A stretch of DNA of 64,000 nucleotides from Candidatus Woesearchaeota archaeon (GTDB lineage Archaea; Nanobdellota; Nanobdellia; SCGC-AAA011-G17; GW2011-AR18): NCBI GenBank assembly GCA_018302545.1, contig JAGVZM010000002.1:2198-66197 (forward strand), in the 5' to 3' direction. A model generated the notes under the pieces. It did not search any database and had not been told where the DNA came from. It saw nothing but the letters and a program-made list of their open reading frames with translations. Below are positions 59,495 to 64,000 of the stretch, one piece after another (positions within the stretch are counted from its first letter, which is position 1; each line of letters opens with the position of its first letter). The translations under genes were made by a program, and so were the position numbers.

Positions 59495-60214
59495 ATGGAA
59501 TATCAAAGCTTAAACTATTTAGGATTAAATGAAAAAGAAAAAGAAGTTTATATTTTACTTTTAAAACTAGGAACTAGTAGAGCAAGTAATTTATTACAAA
59601 AAATAAATATCAATAGAAGTGTTCTTTACTCTATATTAAATTCCTTAGAAAATAAAGGATTTATAACAAAAATAATAAAACAAAATCTAACTTATTTTAA
59701 TCCAATAAATCCAAATTTATTATTAAAAAAATACAAAGAAAATGAAAAAATTTTAGAAAAAGAAATAAAAAAATTAACTGAAATTTCTAGTATAAAAATA
59801 GAAAAACCAAAAATACAAATTTTATCTGGACATAATGGAATATTAACTCTTATGCAAGATATTATAGATTCAAAAGAAGAAAATTTAGTAATAGGAGAAG
59901 AAAAGCATTATCATCAAATAGTAGAAATCTATTCAAAACAATTTTTAACAACAATAGAAGAATTAGATTTAAAAGAAAGAGTACTTGTAACTCATGGTCT
60001 TAAAACTTCTCCAAATACTAAAAATTCTGAGAAAAGATATTTACCAAAAGGATATGAATTTTCTTCTTCAGTAGGGATTTATGGAAATAAAGTAGTAATT
60101 GCTTTTTGGAAAGATCCTTTAACATTTCTTTGGATTGAAGATAAAGATTTAGCAGAGAGTTATAAAAATATTTTTGAGATTCTTTGGAAAATAAGAAAAA
60201 AAAGAATTAATTAA
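59495..60214 (+). CDS. TrmB-family transcriptional regulator
   Basis: N-terminal wHTH LGLNEKEKEVYILLLKLGTSRASNLLQKININRSVLYSILNSLENKGFI. Confidence 0.6.
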   Translation: MEYQSLNYLGLNEKEKEVYILLLKLGTSRASNLLQKININRSVLYSILNSLENKGFITKIIKQNLTYFNPINPNLLLKKYKENEKILEKEIKKLTEISSIKIEKPKIQILSGHNGILTLMQDIIDSKEENLVIGEEKHYHQIVEIYSKQFLTTIEELDLKERVLVTHGLKTSPNTKNSEKRYLPKGYEFSSSVGIYGNKVVIAFWKDPLTFLWIEDKDLAESYKNIFEILWKIRKKRIN

Positions 60215-60235
60215 ATGGTAGGCTATGTTAGATTT

Positions 60236-60290
60236 CCTCTGCCTCTAAAAAGGGCTTTTCCGTAAAGGAAGAACTTTGGAGGCAGACAAT
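60236..60290 (+). ncRNA. structured hairpin; candidate H/ACA-like guide sRNA or bidirectional terminator
   Basis: 8-bp lower stem TCTGCCTC/GAGGCAGA, asymmetric internal loop, 6-bp upper stem CTTTTCC/GGAAGA, then ACA triplet immediately 3' of stem; lies between convergent genes. Confidence 0.25.
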
Positions 60291-60337
60291 GCTTAATATT
60301 TTGATTACGTTCTCAAATAGGAAAAATCTTCATACAA

Positions 60338-61321
60338 TCAAGACTTTAAAGAAATATCTACATAATTAAAATATAACTTATGTAATCTAAAAAATTCTCC
60401 TAGGATTATTCTATTATTTTTTTCATAATTATCAAAAATAAGCCTCGCTTCATAAAAGAATAATCTTAAAATTTGTTGATTCGTATTTAAGGCCACTTTA
60501 TAATCATTTTTAAAATTTTTAAGTTCTTTCAAGTATAAATTCCGTACTTCTTTAATTATAAAACTAAATTTCCTTTTCTTGATTCTAAGTTCATGAGAAT
60601 CTAAGAGTACTTTATTTAGTTCTCTCTCATTAAGCAAAGTAAATGAAGTCGATACAAGTTCTAAATAACCAATCATTAAAGATTGGAAATTCTTTCTTTT
60701 TATGAGTGAAAGTTTCTTTGCAAGTAGATCAATGAGTTTTTTCTCTTCTTTAAATGAAAAAAATTCCAAAAAATCTTTAATAATATCCTTATTTTTTCCC
60801 CGAATAAGACTTATAAAAGGAGGTTGATTTTCTAAGGAAGTACTCCATAAAATTGCTGGAAATTCTTCAAGAATTGAAGTAACTTCAGATCCTTTAACTT
60901 TTAAAAATGTTGGAGTTGTTGTTGATTTATTCTTTCTATTTTTTTTAATATTATTTAATATTGATGAGAAAAAAATATGAATAAGGTCGTGTGCAGCAAG
61001 TAGGGAAAGTTCTTTTTTTAATTTTTCTAAAGCTTGTTTTCGGTCAACACCTTCCTGTCTCCATTTTTTGAAAGCCGCGACTAACAATTTTTTTCCTGCA
61101 TACTTAACATAGGATTTAAGAAATAATACTTCTTTTTTAGAGAGCTGATTTTTTGTTACTCCCAGGCCTTTCAAAAACAAATCAAAACATTTTCCCTTAA
61201 TGTAAATATTTTCTATCGATTCTCTAATCTCTTTCTGAGAAAGCAAATAATCAACTCTTGATTTAAAAGTTCTCATGTCAAAAACTAAATATAAAAAGTA
61301 TTTAAAGAATTGTTTTCTCAT
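60338..61321 (-). CDS. hypothetical protein
   Basis: ORF only. Confidence 0.4.
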   Translation of the reverse strand: MRKQFFKYFLYLVFDMRTFKSRVDYLLSQKEIRESIENIYIKGKCFDLFLKGLGVTKNQLSKKEVLFLKSYVKYAGKKLLVAAFKKWRQEGVDRKQALEKLKKELSLLAAHDLIHIFFSSILNNIKKNRKNKSTTTPTFLKVKGSEVTSILEEFPAILWSTSLENQPPFISLIRGKNKDIIKDFLEFFSFKEEKKLIDLLAKKLSLIKRKNFQSLMIGYLELVSTSFTLLNERELNKVLLDSHELRIKKRKFSFIIKEVRNLYLKELKNFKNDYKVALNTNQQILRLFFYEARLIFDNYEKNNRIILGEFFRLHKLYFNYVDISLKS

Positions 61322-61456
61322 CGCAAGTTCAAATCACAAGAGTTTCGCAATATTTAAGTAATACAAGCCATAAGTACAATATAACTAGGAGAAAACAAAA
61401 CAAGAGGGTGAAGCGTTATTCGTCAAAACCCACTCTCGAAAGTTCAGATCATAAAG

Positions 61457-61530
61457 TGGGCCCGATGTGATTTGAACACACGACCCCTACCTTATCAGAG
61501 TAGTGCTCCACCAAGCTGAGCTACGGGCCC
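61457..61530 (-). tRNA. tRNA-Ile (anticodon GAT), intron-less
   Basis: reverse complement GGGCCCG-TA-GCTC-AGCTTGGTG-GAGC-A-CTACT-CTGATAA-GGTAG-GGGTC-GTGTG-TTCAAAT-CACAT-CGGGCCC-A. Confidence 0.85.
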
Positions 61531-61557
61531 TTTAGTTAAAAAAGCTCTAAAGAAGAT

Positions 61558-62373
61558 TTATAAAGATTTTGGGAAGCTTTTATAGAAAGAATAAGGGTCT
61601 AAATCTCCTTTAAGAATTAATTCTCTTTGTGGCAAATTAGTATGAGTAGGACAAAAACCAAATTTTTTCCAAACTAAATATTTAGTTAAATGCTTTCGAG
61701 AATTAAAACTAATAGTTTTCATCCATTTTTCTAACATATATTCACCAGAAATTTCTAATTGATTAGAGATATGGGTCTTTTCATATCTTTTCTTTGGAAA
61801 ATTAAATAAAGTAGATGTTTTGAAATTTAATTCTAATAATTTTTCATTAATTTGAGAAACTAAAGAAAATGAGCTAGAATTAAAACTAATAACTGGATAA
61901 GAATGATAAGTATTTTTTCGTTCCTTAAATGTTAAACAAAAATCAGAATCAGCCAAACCTCTAATAAAATCATTAAGAAATCTAGGTTCGAGTATAATAG
62001 AAGATATAAGATGATTAACTTTTGGACCAACTGGAAAATTAAGGGAAGTACTAAGAAAAGTAAAAATACCTTTGGATTGAGTAGACAATTTAAGGAAATC
62101 TCCTGAGTCCCTATAAATTTCATAGATCCTCAAGTTTTTATTAAATAATTTTTTAAACAATTTTACAAAAAAAATTCTATAAAAAATAGATTCATCTATC
62201 AAATGTCCGGCATATTCTAAAGAATAATAATATTTTTTAGGGTTTCCAAGATGGCCGTCACCCCAATGAATCCCTGAAAAATAACTTAATTCTCTAGTTA
62301 ATTTTGTGGGAATATTGATCTTATGAGAGAGGTCATAATTACTATATTGCACATTAGAAACGTCTAAATTCAT
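61558..62373 (-). CDS. free-standing LAGLIDADG endonuclease-like protein (two motifs)
   Basis: motif 1 FSGIHWGDGHLG, motif 2 FIRGLADSDFCLTF about 105 aa apart. Confidence 0.5.
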   Translation of the reverse strand: MNLDVSNVQYSNYDLSHKINIPTKLTRELSYFSGIHWGDGHLGNPKKYYYSLEYAGHLIDESIFYRIFFVKLFKKLFNKNLRIYEIYRDSGDFLKLSTQSKGIFTFLSTSLNFPVGPKVNHLISSIILEPRFLNDFIRGLADSDFCLTFKERKNTYHSYPVISFNSSSFSLVSQINEKLLELNFKTSTLFNFPKKRYEKTHISNQLEISGEYMLEKWMKTISFNSRKHLTKYLVWKKFGFCPTHTNLPQRELILKGDLDPYSFYKSFPKSL

Positions 62374-62455
62374 TTAACTAATTAAAGAAAAAAGATTTAA
62401 AAGCTATATTTGAATTTTTCCGAAAATATTTCAGAAAAGTTGTGAAGAACATAAA

Positions 62456-62580
62456 CGCCCTAGGCGGGACTCGAACCTGCGACCCCTTGATCTCTGCTCA
62501 GTAAGTAACAGTTTCACAGTCGTTATGTAGAACACAAGTGCTCTACCTGTTGCTCCCTAATAGGTCTGAGCTACTAGGGC
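62456..62580 (-). tRNA. 125-nt tRNA with two predicted introns (D-loop 62550..62565, 16 nt; anticodon region about 62492..62527, 36 nt); anticodon probably TCT (Arg), identity uncertain
   Basis: acceptor GCCCTAG/CTAGGGC + G, T-arm GCAGG-TTCGAGT-CCCGC (one A-C mismatch), D-stem GCTC/GAGC; D-loop intron has intronic GAGC mimic pairing GCTC plus 3-nt bulges; mature anticodon arm CTTGT-GTTCTAA-TCAAG. Confidence 0.55.
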
Positions 62581-62666
62581 GTCTAAGAATTAGGCAACTA
62601 AAATTCTTTAAAAGCTTTTCTAAGATAAAAAATAGAATAAAAAAGAGTAAAATTATAAATTAGAGT

Positions 62667-62736
62667 GTAGCCCTGCTGATTACGCTTATTTTCATAAAAA
62701 GCCAAAGCTTCAATCAACAAGCTTAAGTACAGGGCC
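62667..62736 (+). other. intergenic nested hairpin (GCCCTG...CAGGGC enclosing AAGCTT...AAGCTT)
   Basis: inverted repeats seen directly; function unknown. Confidence 0.2.
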
Positions 62737-62779
62737 TTAAAAAAGAAACCTTTTTTTAATATAAAGTTTTCTAAAAAAT

Positions 62780-63337
62780 ATGATAGAAGCAAGATGGAAA
62801 ATAGAGTCTTATGAAGATACAAGAAATAAAATTCTAGAACTAAAAGCAAAACAAAAAGGAAAATACTCAGCAACAGATATAATTTTTATTCCTAAGAATA
62901 ATAAAAGCCTAAATAAAGAATTTATAAGAGTAAGATCCTACATTGTAAACAATTGGAATACCAAAAATGTTGTGCTAACACATAAAGAAACAAGATGGAT
63001 TAATAATTTTAAAGAGGATATAATTGCAATTAAAAGAGAATTTGACAAAGAACAAGAAGCTATAAAATTTATAGAAGAACAATATAAAAATAGCTTAAAA
63101 GAGTTAGTAAGATTCAAAAGGGAAGGAGAAGATTTTGAAATAAATAATAACAAATTATTTTTAGAAACATTAGAATATTTAGGACCAACAATAGAAATAG
63201 AAACAGATTCAAAAGAATTATTAATAGATTTAGAAAAACAACTAGCTTTAAAAGAAAGAATAACACAGTCTATACCAGAAACAATAAGGTTATTGAAAAA
63301 CAATGAAAGTTTATCACGGTTCTCCAAAAAAGATTGA
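62780..63337 (+). CDS. hypothetical protein, possibly CYTH-like (triphosphate tunnel) domain
   Basis: alternating E/K pattern near N-terminus (IEARWKIE) and later IEIETD; weak. Confidence 0.3.
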   Translation: MIEARWKIESYEDTRNKILELKAKQKGKYSATDIIFIPKNNKSLNKEFIRVRSYIVNNWNTKNVVLTHKETRWINNFKEDIIAIKREFDKEQEAIKFIEEQYKNSLKELVRFKREGEDFEINNNKLFLETLEYLGPTIEIETDSKELLIDLEKQLALKERITQSIPETIRLLKNNESLSRFSKKD

Positions 63338-63713
63338 AGTTTTAATTCCAAAACAAGCAAAAGGTCATAATGGTTTTCAGAATTTAGAAGCAGTATTCCT
63401 AACAGATAATTTCTTAGAAGCTAGTTTATATGCAATAGGAAAATCACTCAAGGGAAAAGCGCATTTTGGAATACAAAAAGGTAAATTAGTAATTATAGGA
63501 AACGCCTCAACTGCTTCAGAGGGGTATGTATATGAGTTTGATCTTCCAGAAAGTGAATTGATTAAAGGAGAACAGAAAGAAGATTTGGGAGTTTATGCAT
63601 ATCAAAATACTCTAATCTGCCAAGATCCAAAAATTGTCAAAATTGAAGAAATTCAAAGTTACATAATTTATGTAAAAAATAAAAATGAATTAATGCAAGT
63701 TCTCTACAGTTAA
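63303..63713 (+). CDS. hypothetical protein
   Basis: ORF only. Confidence 0.35.
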   Translation: MKVYHGSPKKIEVLIPKQAKGHNGFQNLEAVFLTDNFLEASLYAIGKSLKGKAHFGIQKGKLVIIGNASTASEGYVYEFDLPESELIKGEQKEDLGVYAYQNTLICQDPKIVKIEEIQSYIIYVKNKNELMQVLYS

Positions 63714-63958
63714 TCTAAAAATTCTCTCTTCTTTATTTTTTCTGGCAAGTAAGTTTCAGAAATAAAACTAATACCTTTAGAGCTTAAAGACTGTATTTCA
63801 ACTTTAGCTTTATATTCCTTCATTTTCTTAAATTGTCTCTGCCATTCCTTATTGTCTTTAAACCATTCATATTCACTAACTTGTTTTATTCTAGCATAAT
63901 CTGCTTCTTTTAATTTAATAAAATGTTTTTGTAATTGATATTTTTCAACATCATCCAT
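63710..63958 (-). CDS. hypothetical small protein
   Basis: ORF only. Confidence 0.3.
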   Translation of the reverse strand: MDDVEKYQLQKHFIKLKEADYARIKQVSEYEWFKDNKEWQRQFKKMKEYKAKVEIQSLSSKGISFISETYLPEKIKKREFLD

Positions 63959-64000
63959 TGTTATTCCAACATACCTGACACTAGGAATTGTTAACCGCTC

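Noticed and set aside
62667-62736. Nested inverted repeats upstream of 62780..63337 as a C/D-box sRNA
   Set aside because: CTGATTA and CTGA resemble C/D boxes only loosely and no terminal stem or K-turn is evident; kept only as a low-confidence hairpin.
1-64000. CRISPR arrays, rRNA genes, integrases/transposases
   Set aside because: No regularly spaced direct repeats, no rRNA-like conserved stretches, and no integrase or transposase motifs were seen on either strand.

Overview
AT-rich (~29% GC) archaeal chromosome segment that looks like a small, reduced genome. DPANN-like is an inference from the compact ribosomal operon, the absence of adk/cmk/Rpp29, the large surface proteins and the multi-intron tRNAs. 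A ~14 kb minus-strand ribosomal-protein supercluster (L3-L4-L23-L2-S19-L22-S3-L29-SUI1-S17-L14-L24-S4e-L5-S14-S8-L6-L32e-L19e-L18-S5-L30-L15-SecY-DUF106-L34e-L14e-PfdA) dominates the centre. A second small cluster (S19e-PDCD5-L39e-L31e) lies on the plus strand. Also present: aRF1, ValRS, class-II LysRS, MetRS, Hjc, Cbf5, a PriS-like primase, a HerA-like ATPase, a radical-SAM/TRAM protein, a THUMP methyltransferase, a TrmB regulator, an SSS transporter and GT2/GT-C glycosyltransferases. There are several very large secreted, Cys-rich or alpha/alpha-toroid surface proteins, a GH114 hydrolase, a C39-like peptidase and a Fic-containing island of elevated GC. Four tRNA genes are present. Three of them (Phe, Gln, probable Arg) carry two bulge-helix-bulge (BHB) introns each at non-canonical positions (T-arm, D-loop, anticodon loop). 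The cbf5 gene is interrupted, inside its catalytic GHGGTLD motif, by a 21-nt insert containing three in-frame stops that folds into a near-perfect BHB motif, i.e. a candidate mRNA intron. Two free-standing LAGLIDADG endonuclease-like ORFs sit next to intron-bearing genes. No CRISPR array or rRNA was seen.
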